Below, in pieces: positions 24,489-33,475 of a stretch of DNA of 64,000 bases. The stretch is taken from the NCBI GenBank assembly GCA_035512515.1, contig DATKDY010000215.1, forward strand, positions 1,294 to 65,293, written 5' to 3'. The stretch's first letter is position 1. The number at the start of each line of letters is the position of its first letter. The translations under genes and the position numbers were made by a program. Source of the stretch: Vicinamibacterales bacterium (GTDB lineage Bacteria > Acidobacteriota > Vicinamibacteria > Vicinamibacterales > UBA2999). The notes below the pieces were generated by a model. It was not told the DNA's origin and ran no database searches. It worked only from the letters and a program-made list of their open reading frames with translations.

Positions 24489-27400
24489 TCAGCGTTGGCT
24501 TTTGTCGCCGCGCGTCACGCGCAGTTGCAGGCCCATCGCGGTGGCCGCGAATCCGGCTTCGAGCAGGAACGCGGCGGCGGGATTTTGTGCGGCGGGCGCG
24601 CCGTTGATTTCTTCGATGAGCCACCCGCGGCTGCCTTCGGGCGCGCGGTGCGCGAGGCTGACCAGCTCGTGGGCGAGCGCGCGGCCCACCCGCCCGCGAT
24701 CGGGATCGTCCGGCGGCAACGCGATGAGCATGGCGCGATCTCCCCGGGCGAGCCACGCGGTCAACTGTCCGTCCACGAGCACGACACGAGCACCCGCTGA
24801 TCGGGAGGCGCGCATGGTTGCTCCCGGCTTGTCGGCTCCTGCAGCGCTTGACATCCCTGGCTCCAGCGATGCGGCGTTGGCCGGGGCCGCAGGGGGCCAC
24901 GGAAGCATCGCGCCGTAGGGATTCGCCGGGTCGGTGGCGGCGAGCGTCACGACAAGGGGTGTGTCGGCCGGCTCGCGGGCGGCGCGCAGCAGATCGATCG
25001 CGCCCGGCTGGGCAAACTGCGCGGCCCCGAGTCCGGCGACGAAGTAGCCGCGGCGCACCCGGCCTGTCTCTTCCAGGCGGCGCATCACAGGGTAGATCGC
25101 GCTGAAGCCACCGGGAATCTGCTCGAGCGATGTCACTTCGCGTGTGACGACGCCGTGTCGGGTCAGCAACTGCTGCGAAAATGCCGTGACCCATTCGGTG
25201 AGCGAGCGATGTGACGGCGGTGCAATCGCCGTCCATCGCCCCTCGGCCGCGGAGGGCACGACGCGGCGCGAGCGAAAGGCCGTCGTCCGGGCCCGGCGTC
25301 GTGCCCGCTCGGGCGGGCGCAGATATACGCGCAGCGCGTGCAGGGTGTCGTTGGTCACGAGACCCTTCCAGACGAGCGACCACAAGGCATCGACGGTCTC
25401 TTTGGGAAATCCGCCGCCGAGCGAGGCGTGAAGCGGCGCGAAGAACGCGGCGCCGCCGGTGCGGAGCCGCTCGAGCACGTCGCGCTCGCTGTCCGTGAGT
25501 TCCGGGTCGGCATCACGCGGCGCCACGAGTCGTGGCAGGTGATCGGTCAGATACAACGCGATGCGGCCATCGCGATCGCCAAGCGGCTCGACGCCCACCC
25601 ATGACACCTCGCCCGCCCCGAGCAGCGTGTCGAGCTGGGCAGGCGAGTAATCCGCGACGCGCGCGGGCAGAATCTCGTGCTCGAGGAGCGAGGCGACCAA
25701 AGGGACGCCCTGTAATTGCTCGATCGTGTCGAGCAATGTATCGAGACCTCCACGCGCGCGGCCGATCCCATGCCACGTGGCAAGGAATCGTCCGAGCACC
25801 GGCGCTTCCACGGGTTCGACTTCCTGCCGCAGGCGCGCGAGCGATCGCCGGCGGATCGTGCGCAGCACGTCGGCATCGCACCACTCGCGACCACGTCCAC
25901 CCGGGCGAAACGCGCCCTCGACCAGCCGGCCGCCAGCCGTCAGGCGGGACAGCACCGCTTCAACGGGGGCGAGCGGGAGCCCGAAGCGGACCGCGATATC
26001 GCTCGCCGCAAATGGTCCGTGCGTTCGCGCGTAGCGTTTGACGAGGTCGCCGAGCGGATCGCTCGACGGCTCGAGCAGCGCGGCCGGCAGGCCGGTGGGT
26101 AGTGGTGTGCCTGACGCGTCTCGATACCGGGCCGCGTTTTCCACAGCGACGAGCCGCAGCTCGCCCGCCATGGAGATCTCCACTGCGCGCCGAGACTCGA
26201 GGAGCGCGGGAATTGCGGTCCGGGCGACGCCTTTCTGCGACCGCGCAGCAATCTCGCCGGCCGTGAGGTCGCCGATGCGAAGCAGCAAGTCGTGGACGCC
26301 GTCGGTCGATTTGGCGTGGTACTTCTCGGGCAGCAGTTGCAGATCGGCTTCGACGCTCTCGATCGCGCCAGTGTCGAGGAGATCGCGCAATTCCGCTTCG
26401 CCGATGAGCTCCCGGAGCTGTGATTGATCGACCGAGAGCGCCTGCGCGCGCCGTTCGGCCAATGGAGCGTCGCCGTCGTAGATGTAATTGGCGACGTAAT
26501 TGAAGAGGAGCGACGCGGCAAACGGAGAGGGCGTCCGCGACTCGATGGTGGCCACGCGGAGGGAGCGGCTGCGAATCCGCCTCAGGACGTCCACGAGCGC
26601 CGGCAGATCGAAGACGTCGCGCAGGACCTCGCGATAGGTTTCCAGGATGATGGGGAAGGATCCGAACCGCGCCGCGACGGAAAGGAGATCGGCCGCACGT
26701 TTTCGCTGCTGCCAGAGGGGCGCCCGCGCTCCAGGCCGCCGGCGCGGCAGCAGCAGGGCGCGTGCAGCGGCTTCCCGGAAGCGCGCAGAAAACAGCGCCG
26801 TCGAGCCGAGCTGCCGCAGGATCAGGCTCTCGACTTCGTCAGGGTCTGGCAGCAACAACGCCGGGTCGGGCGGCGCATCCGTCTCCGGAAACCTCACCAC
26901 AAACCCGTCGTCTCCCCACATCGTCTCGACATCGAAGCCGAGCTCGTCGCGTAAACGGCCGGTCACGGCCATCGCCCACGGCGCGTGGACGCGGCTGCCG
27001 AGCGACGACAACACCAGGACCCGCCAATCGCCGAGGTCGTCCTTCGTGCGTTCGATGAGGAGCGTGCGGTCGTCGGGCACGGTGTCGACCGCGCGATGCT
27101 GGTCGTCGAGATAGTCGAGGAGATTTCTGGCGGCGAGTGCGTCGAGGCCATGGTCCCGCTCGAGCCGCGCCTGGGCGGCGTCAGCGCGCTGATGGCGCAA
27201 TTCGCGGATCAGCTTGCCAATCGCGACACCCAGCTCGATGGGCCGGCCGCCGGACTCGCCTCTCCAGAACGGCATCTTGCCCGGCTCGCCCGGCGCTGGC
27301 GAGACGATGACGCGATCGTGCGTGATCTGTTCGATGCGCCAGGTCGAGGCGCCGAGCAGAAAGGTTTCGCCCACCCGCGCCTCGAACACCATCTCCTCGT

Positions 27401-29138
27401 CGAGCTCGCCGACTCGCGCGCGGTCCCGCTCGGCGCCGAGCAGAAACACGCCATAAAGACCGCGATCCGGAATCGTGCCGGCATTGGCGATCGCCATCTG
27501 CCTGGCGCCGTGCCGGGCGGCGAGGAGCCCGTTGACCCGATCCCAGGTGACGCGCGGGCGCAGTTCAGCGAATTCGTCAGAGGGGTAACGTCCGGACAGC
27601 ATGTCGAGCACGCCCTCGAACATCCGGCGGCTGAGCTCGGCGTAGGGCGCAGCTCCGCGAATGGTGTCGAAGAGATCGTCAACGGACCAGGTCTCGACCG
27701 ACACCATGGCCACGATCTGTTGCGCCAGCACGTCGAGGGGATTGCGAGGATAACGGGAGGGTTCTACCTCGCCGCGTGCCATCGCACGGGTCACGGCCGC
27801 ACACGACACCAGGTCGCCGCGAAACTTCGGAAAGATGATGCCGCTGCTGACTTCTTCGATGCGATGGCCGGCCCGGCCAATGCGCTGCAACCCGCTGGCA
27901 ACCGATGGCGGCGCCTCAATCTGCACGACGAGATCGATGGCGCCCATGTCGATGCCGAGCTCGAGCGAGCTGGTCGCGACGAGCCCCCGCAGATGGCCCG
28001 CCTTCAGCAGGTCTTCAATCTCCATGCGCTGCGCCCTCGCCAGCGACCCATGATGCGCACGCACCAGCGGCTGGCTGGCCAGCTCGTTGAGCGCGCCAGC
28101 CAGCCGCTCGGCCAGCCGCCGGCTGTTCACGAAGATCAGCGTGGAGCGATGCGACTGAATCAACTCGAGCAGGCGTGGATGAATCGCCGTCCAGATCGAC
28201 GGCGGTCCCGGCGACTGGGCGGCTGCGCCGGAACGAATCCGATCGACATCTCGTGCACCTGCCGTGGCGCCGACTTTCGCCATGTCCTCGATGGGGACCT
28301 GGACGGTGACGCCGAGCCGCTTCGGCTCGCTCGCATCGATGATGGTGACGTCGCGGTAGTGGACCGTGCCCGGGGTCGCAAACTCGTGATCGACGACGTC
28401 GGCCGCGTCCTCTTCCACAGCCGACGCCTTCGTTGCTCGTTTACCTGCCGCAGCAGCGTGAGCTGCGAAGGTGGGCGTCGCGCTCGTCCCTCCTAGAAAT
28501 CGCGCCACTTCTTCCAGCGGCCTCTGTGTTGCTGACAGTCCGATTCGTTGCAGCGGCTGCTCGACAACGCGCTCGAGCCGTTCCAGCGACAGCGCCAGGT
28601 GCGCGCCGCGTTTGGTTGACACCAGCGCGTGGATTTCGTCGATGATCACCGCCTCCACCGACCGGAGCCGTTCGCGCGCCTGGGAGGTGAGCATCAGGTA
28701 GAACGACTCCGGCGTGGTGATCAGGATGTCGCCCGGGTCGCGCAGGAACCTGGCGCGGTCCGACGAGGGCGTGTCGCCCGTACGCAACGAGATCACCGGC
28801 GTGTGAAACGGCATCCCTTGCATGCCGGCCAGGTTGGCGATGCCGGCCAGCGGCGCGCGCAGGTTCCGCTCTACGTCCACCGCAAGGGCTTTGAGCGGCG
28901 ACACGTAGATGACGCGGCACCGGGCCTGACGATCCGGGGGCGCTGCAAACATCAGGCGATCGAGACAGGCGAGAAACGCGGCCAGGGTCTTTCCCGTGCC
29001 GGTGGGCGCCAGGATCAGCGCTGAGTCGCCGCGCGCGATCGCGGGCCAGCCGAGGCGCTGCGGACGGGTGGGTTGGCGGAAGGAGGCGCGAAACCACGCC
29101 TGCACGGGGTCGTGGAACAGCAGCAACGGATCGCGCAC
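24489..29138 (-). CDS. lhr: Lhr-family ATP-dependent DNA/RNA helicase (large helicase-related, full length)
   Basis: 1549 aa; N-terminus FHDPVQAWFRASF...ILAPTGTGKTLAAFL (Walker A), IIDEIHAL (DEIH box), and a long Lhr-type C-terminal region. Confidence 0.9.
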   Translation of the reverse strand: MRDPLLLFHDPVQAWFRASFRQPTRPQRLGWPAIARGDSALILAPTGTGKTLAAFLACLDRLMFAAPPDRQARCRVIYVSPLKALAVDVERNLRAPLAGIANLAGMQGMPFHTPVISLRTGDTPSSDRARFLRDPGDILITTPESFYLMLTSQARERLRSVEAVIIDEIHALVSTKRGAHLALSLERLERVVEQPLQRIGLSATQRPLEEVARFLGGTSATPTFAAHAAAAGKRATKASAVEEDAADVVDHEFATPGTVHYRDVTIIDASEPKRLGVTVQVPIEDMAKVGATAGARDVDRIRSGAAAQSPGPPSIWTAIHPRLLELIQSHRSTLIFVNSRRLAERLAGALNELASQPLVRAHHGSLARAQRMEIEDLLKAGHLRGLVATSSLELGIDMGAIDLVVQIEAPPSVASGLQRIGRAGHRIEEVSSGIIFPKFRGDLVSCAAVTRAMARGEVEPSRYPRNPLDVLAQQIVAMVSVETWSVDDLFDTIRGAAPYAELSRRMFEGVLDMLSGRYPSDEFAELRPRVTWDRVNGLLAARHGARQMAIANAGTIPDRGLYGVFLLGAERDRARVGELDEEMVFEARVGETFLLGASTWRIEQITHDRVIVSPAPGEPGKMPFWRGESGGRPIELGVAIGKLIRELRHQRADAAQARLERDHGLDALAARNLLDYLDDQHRAVDTVPDDRTLLIERTKDDLGDWRVLVLSSLGSRVHAPWAMAVTGRLRDELGFDVETMWGDDGFVVRFPETDAPPDPALLLPDPDEVESLILRQLGSTALFSARFREAAARALLLPRRRPGARAPLWQQRKRAADLLSVAARFGSFPIILETYREVLRDVFDLPALVDVLRRIRSRSLRVATIESRTPSPFAASLLFNYVANYIYDGDAPLAERRAQALSVDQSQLRELIGEAELRDLLDTGAIESVEADLQLLPEKYHAKSTDGVHDLLLRIGDLTAGEIAARSQKGVARTAIPALLESRRAVEISMAGELRLVAVENAARYRDASGTPLPTGLPAALLEPSSDPLGDLVKRYARTHGPFAASDIAVRFGLPLAPVEAVLSRLTAGGRLVEGAFRPGGRGREWCDADVLRTIRRRSLARLRQEVEPVEAPVLGRFLATWHGIGRARGGLDTLLDTIEQLQGVPLVASLLEHEILPARVADYSPAQLDTLLGAGEVSWVGVEPLGDRDGRIALYLTDHLPRLVAPRDADPELTDSERDVLERLRTGGAAFFAPLHASLGGGFPKETVDALWSLVWKGLVTNDTLHALRVYLRPPERARRRARTTAFRSRRVVPSAAEGRWTAIAPPSHRSLTEWVTAFSQQLLTRHGVVTREVTSLEQIPGGFSAIYPVMRRLEETGRVRRGYFVAGLGAAQFAQPGAIDLLRAAREPADTPLVVTLAATDPANPYGAMLPWPPAAPANAASLEPGMSSAAGADKPGATMRASRSAGARVVLVDGQLTAWLARGDRAMLIALPPDDPDRGRVGRALAHELVSLAHRAPEGSRGWLIEEINGAPAAQNPAAAFLLEAGFAATAMGLQLRVTRGDKSQR

Positions 29139-29154
29139 GCCTCATTGTATTTAG

Positions 29155-29284
29155 GGCAGGTAAGGCAGGTAGGGCAGGTGGGCAGGTAGGGCAGGTAGGG
29201 CAGGGTAGGGCGGGTAGGGCGGTGGGCGGTCGGTCAGGTAGCGGGGCACACCACTAGCCCTGACCCGCCCCACCCGCCCTCCCC
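29155..29284. repeat. About 10 tandem units of GGGCAGGTA/GGGCGGGTA followed by an inverted partial copy, directly upstream of lhr
   Basis: gggcaggta aggcaggta gggcaggt gggcaggta gggcaggta gggcagggta gggcgggta gggcggt... (29155-29246). The inverted arm ccctgacccgccccacccgccctcccc is at 29259-29284. Confidence 0.9.
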
Positions 29285-29285
29285 T

Positions 29286-29291
29286 ATAATT
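29286..29291 (+). promoter_or_regulatory. Perfect TATAAT hexamer, candidate -10 for the small ORF at 29344
   Basis: tataat at 29286-29291 in an otherwise G+C-rich context, 53 nt upstream of the ATG. Only a weak -35 (ctgacc) lies 19 nt upstream. Confidence 0.25.
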
Positions 29292-29343
29292 GGTTAATTG
29301 GTGTTCCACTCAATTCGAGACTTTGAAAGGCTAGGCCTACTGC

Positions 29344-29634
29344 ATGGGTGACGCGGGCGAAGGACTCATTGACGCTGATACACGGCTCCAGGAGCGGATG
29401 GACGAACTGGAGGAAGAGCGCAAGGCTGCGCGCAACAAGCGGCCTGTGGAAGATCCCGAAAAAGCGCGGCAGCGCGAGTCGTTGAAACTCGCGCGAACCG
29501 AGATGCAGCAGCAGCTCGCGCGGACCGAACATCCCGCGCGGAAGAGCCAGATCGAACTGGCGCTCGTCGAGATCGACAAGCGGCTGTCCGGTGTCTCGGC
29601 GCCGAAACCCGCCGAGAAAAAAAGAAAGAAGTAA
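29344..29634 (+). CDS. Hypothetical small charged coiled-coil protein
   Basis: 96-aa ORF rich in E/K/R/Q heptad-like sequence and ending KKRKK. It sits in a locally lower-G+C stretch. No recognisable domain. Confidence 0.45.
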   Translation: MGDAGEGLIDADTRLQERMDELEEERKAARNKRPVEDPEKARQRESLKLARTEMQQQLARTEHPARKSQIELALVEIDKRLSGVSAPKPAEKKRKK

Positions 29635-29637
29635 GCC

Positions 29638-30954
29638 TCAGACGAGCAGGTCGGCGACCAGCCCTTGCACCCCCAGGTCGGTCGCCAGCCGCCTGGCCTG
29701 CCGCGAGCCATCGTCTTTGAGGTGCGGCGGCAGGCTGACGTGAGGGGCTGGTGTCTCCATCGCGGCTGCAATGAGGCGGACGTAGCCGCCGGCCATCGGC
29801 CCGAGCTGGTGATGCGTTCGCCACCACGTGCATGCTGCGTCGCCAAGCCGGCGGCGGAGCGGCTCGTCGGTGGCCAACCGCTCGAGCGCCAGTTGCAGGG
29901 AATGCTCCTCGTCGAGCAGGTCGATGCTCACCGCCACGGCGGCCGGGCTCTCGCCACCCACCGTGCGAACGTGCCATCCCCGTGGGTCTACGGTCGGCAC
30001 GTCAGCGAGGTGCGCCAGCTCGGTGACGATCGTCGGGCGGCCCGCGGCGAGGCATCGCAGCCACGACGCTGAGGTTTCGCGATTCGTGGGCCAGCGCAGG
30101 CACGAGCAGATATCCGACGCGCGCAGGTAGTCGTTCAATTCCTCGTCTGCGACGTAGCCTGTGACGTGGACGCGATCGGACACCCCCCACGTGAGCGCGT
30201 CAGCCCGTACGTCGTAGTGTGACGCCGCGCTGCCGACCAGCATCAGGTGGAGCCGCGGATGCCGCTCCGCAATCGCGCCGAGCGCGCGAATCAGTTGCGG
30301 TATGCGCTTTTCTGGTGTCACGCCGCCAATGGCCGTCAGCACCACGGCGTCGCGTGGGACGTCGTGCCGCCGCCGCACCTCGGCGAGGCGCGCGGAAGAG
30401 GCCTCAGCCACGCCGCCGACGCCCATCTCGATGGCCTCGATCCTCGCGGCCGGATGCCGGACTCGAAGATCTTCGGCGACCCATGCACTATGGACGGCCG
30501 TCATGCGTGCGCTCTCGATCACGAGACGCGTGAGCGGCCAGTGGTGATAGAGCGTCCCGCCCAGGCCGGCCGCGACGAGTTCGCCGACGTCCGCCGGGGC
30601 GTCAGGATGATTCGCTCGAAACTCGGCCAGGTAGTCGGTGCGCCGCGGTTTCCACCGCCGGGTCAGAAACAACGCGCGCGCCTGATGGAGTTGCGCATCG
30701 TGCAGCACGATCAGGCCCGGGTAACGGAAGAGATAGGCCCACATGTAGTCGTGACAGCCCGCGTTGCCCATCTGGAACACGGTCAGTTCGTAACCGTCGC
30801 GGCGGTGCCTCCAGACGAAGTCGTGTGCGTTGGCTTCGGTGAATGTGTCGATCGCGAGGCCGCTGGCGGCGAGAAGCGGCAGGATCTCTGCCGAGTACGC
30901 AGCGATGCCCGATGGGGTTGGCGGCAGGGGCGAGAACCACGCGATGCGCTCCAC
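29638..30954 (-). CDS. Glycosyltransferase (GT4/GT-B type)
   Basis: N-terminus IAWFSPLPPTPSGIAAYS and a C-terminal GT1/GT4-like region (LMLVGSAA...VTGYV...). The family call rests on overall resemblance only. Confidence 0.7.
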   Translation of the reverse strand: MERIAWFSPLPPTPSGIAAYSAEILPLLAASGLAIDTFTEANAHDFVWRHRRDGYELTVFQMGNAGCHDYMWAYLFRYPGLIVLHDAQLHQARALFLTRRWKPRRTDYLAEFRANHPDAPADVGELVAAGLGGTLYHHWPLTRLVIESARMTAVHSAWVAEDLRVRHPAARIEAIEMGVGGVAEASSARLAEVRRRHDVPRDAVVLTAIGGVTPEKRIPQLIRALGAIAERHPRLHLMLVGSAASHYDVRADALTWGVSDRVHVTGYVADEELNDYLRASDICSCLRWPTNRETSASWLRCLAAGRPTIVTELAHLADVPTVDPRGWHVRTVGGESPAAVAVSIDLLDEEHSLQLALERLATDEPLRRRLGDAACTWWRTHHQLGPMAGGYVRLIAAAMETPAPHVSLPPHLKDDGSRQARRLATDLGVQGLVADLLV

Positions 30955-31143
30955 GGCCCTTGAGCTTATCCGACGGCACGGGCGGACACATCAGCGGCGC
31001 AGACGGGCGGACATACAGTCCCGCCGAATAACCGTTGTGATAGAGTTTGGAATTGTACTTGCGAAATAATTCACAAGCTAAACAGGGTTGACCAGTGCGA
31101 TTATTGGGAGTTTGGGAGCCCGGGATTGTGGCAACCCGAACAT

Positions 31144-31182
31144 TGAACCTTGGAACCCTGGAACCCTAGAACCCTTGGAACT
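31144..31182. repeat. 8-nt tandem repeat TGGAACCC (about 5 units) abutting the nuoA start codon
   Basis: tgaacct tggaaccc tggaaccc tagaaccc ttggaact, ending 7 nt before the ATG at 31190. Confidence 0.85.
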
Positions 31183-31189
31183 TTAGACG

Positions 31190-31613
31190 ATGGGTGGTTG
31201 GGACGGACTCGCGATCATGATCGTGGTCGGCGTGGGGTTTGGCGCCGTCTCTATTCTTCTTGGGCGACTGCTCGGGCCGCGTCACCCCACCCCCGAAAAA
31301 ATGGCGCCCTACGAGTGCGGCATGCCGCCGGTCGGCGACGCCCGGGAACGGCAATCGGTGAAGTTCTACCTGATTGCCATGATCTTCCTGTTGTTCGACA
31401 TCGAAATCGCCTTCCTCGGCCCCTGGGCGATGGCCATTCGCCAGCTCGGGTGGCTGGGCCTCGTGCAGATTGTCGTCTTCTTCCTGATCCTGCTCGTCGG
31501 CTACATCTACGTCTGGCGCAAGGGCGTCCTCGACTGGGGCCCCGAGCACGATCCTGAGTACGCGCCGGCCAAGGCCCGGCCGTTGGTGCCCGCCGTCGTG
31601 AAGAGATACCAGT

Positions 31614-31630
<17 letters not shown>
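31190..31630 (+). CDS. nuoA: NADH-quinone oxidoreductase subunit A
   Basis: PYECGMPP...[19 protein letters not shown] is the NuoA/ND3 signature. Confidence 0.92.
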
Positions 31631-32081
<451 letters not shown>

Positions 32082-32096
32082 CGCCCTCAGCCGTCG

Positions 32097-32246
32097 GCTG
32101 ACAGCGCTGAACGCTGAGAGCCGAGAGCGCCGATAGCTGATAGCTGAGAGCGCTGATAGCTGATAGCTGATAGCTGAGAGCCGAGAGCGCTGATAGCTGA
32201 TAGCTGATAGCGCCGAGAGCCGATAGCTGAGAGCCGAGAGCTGAAA
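32097..32246 (+). repeat. 20 tandem heptanucleotide units (GCTGATA/GCTGAGA/GCCGAGA/GCCGATA, with five extra GC dinucleotides) filling the nuoB-nuoC spacer
   Basis: Parsed directly: 20 x 7 nt + 5 x 2 nt = 150 nt, ending 5 nt before the nuoC ATG at 32252. Confidence 0.95.
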
Positions 32247-32251
32247 GCTAC

Positions 32252-32809
32252 ATGAACGCTACTGAGATAATCGCGGTCCTCGAGCCGCTCGTACCGGGCG
32301 CCACCTTCGAAGCGCTGGCGCCGCTGGACGAATCGATCAATCCCACGATTCTCGTTCCCGCCGCCCACCTCGTCGCCACCTGCCGCGCGTTGCACGATAC
32401 CCCCGGCCTCGAGTTCATCGCCTTCAGCGACGTGACCGCGGCCGATTTCCATCCGCGCCGTACGCCCCGTTTCGATGTCGTCTACCACTTCGTGTCGCCG
32501 CATCGGCGGGCGCGCGTGCGCCTCAAGACCCAGGTGCATACCGACGAACCCGTGCCGACCATCTCGACGATCTGGCAAGGCGCGGGCTGGGCCGAGCGGG
32601 AAGTGTACGACCTGTTTGGCATCGTGTTCGACGGGCACGACGACTTGCGGCGGCTGATGATGCCGGACGACTGGGAAGGGCACCCGCTGCGCAAGGATTA
32701 TCCGGTGCAGGTCCGCAAGGATGCCGAGACGTTCATGCCGCTGCAGGTGACGGAAGAGGAATTCAGGGCCAGTCTCGAACGAGATCGGCAGATACGGCCC
32801 AAGGCGTGA
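32252..32809 (+). CDS. nuoC: NADH-quinone oxidoreductase subunit C
   Basis: AERE(V)YDLFGI(V)F.GH.DLRR(L)...D(W)..HPLRKDYP is the NuoC/30-kDa signature. Confidence 0.92.
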   Translation: MNATEIIAVLEPLVPGATFEALAPLDESINPTILVPAAHLVATCRALHDTPGLEFIAFSDVTAADFHPRRTPRFDVVYHFVSPHRRARVRLKTQVHTDEPVPTISTIWQGAGWAEREVYDLFGIVFDGHDDLRRLMMPDDWEGHPLRKDYPVQVRKDAETFMPLQVTEEEFRASLERDRQIRPKA

Positions 32810-33369
32810 CCGAATCGGAAATCTCGACGCGATTGAAATTGACGGCGGCGGCGCACGAGCGTCTGGCGGCCGGCGGCGTCGCGGCCATCGTGGCCGGCGG
32901 CGACGCGATGAGAACGGCGCTCGCGGACGGAAAATCGATTCTCGTGTTCGGTAACGGCGGCAGTGCGGCGGATGCGCAGCACTTTGCCGCCGAGCTCGTG
33001 GTGCGCTACGAGCAGGATCGCCCCGGCCGCTCGGCCATCGCGCTGACGACGGACTCGAGCATCATGACGGCGGCTGGCAACGATCGCGGATTCGAGCAGG
33101 TGTTCGCCCGGCAGATCGACGCGCTCGGCCGCCCGGGCGACATCGCCCTGGCGATCTCGACGAGCGGCACGTCGCCCAACGTGGTGCGGGCGATCGCCAC
33201 CGCCAACGCGCGCGGCCTGGTCTCGATCGCGCTGACCGGCCGCGACGGCGGCGCAGCGGGGCGGCTGGCGAAGATTCACGTGAACGTGCCGGAAGCGCGA
33301 ACCGCCCTGGCACAGGAAGTTCACACCACGGTGCTCCATGTGTGGTGCGAGCTGATTGACGAGAGATAA
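32806..33369 (+). CDS. gmhA: SIS-domain protein, GmhA (sedoheptulose-7-phosphate isomerase) / DiaA-like
   Basis: VFGNGGSAADAQHFAAELV, AISTSGTSPNV and LTGRDGG are the GmhA/DiaA SIS motifs. The GTGA start overlaps the nuoC stop. Confidence 0.75.
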   Translation: MTESEISTRLKLTAAAHERLAAGGVAAIVAGGDAMRTALADGKSILVFGNGGSAADAQHFAAELVVRYEQDRPGRSAIALTTDSSIMTAAGNDRGFEQVFARQIDALGRPGDIALAISTSGTSPNVVRAIATANARGLVSIALTGRDGGAAGRLAKIHVNVPEARTALAQEVHTTVLHVWCELIDER

Positions 33370-33404
33370 CGCGCATTCGACGGTCAGCTCGTTGAAAACT
33401 GACG

Positions 33405-33475
33405 GCACTGAGCCGAGAGCCGAGAGCTGAGAGCTGAGAGCGCCGATAGCCGATAGCCGAAAGCTGATAGCAGTC
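33405..33475 (+). repeat. Second, same-orientation heptanucleotide array (8 clean units plus degenerate ends) filling the gmhA-nuoD spacer
   Basis: gccgaga gccgaga gctgaga gctgaga gc gccgata gccgata gccgaaa gctgata gcagtc ATG (33476). Confidence 0.95.

Noticed and set aside
24489-29138. Looked for an Lhr-associated MPE nuclease or other partner forming a defence/repair module with lhr
   Set aside because: The gene downstream of lhr is absent (337 nt of non-coding sequence, then a convergent receiver-domain gene), and upstream is a repeat array. lhr appears to be monocistronic here.
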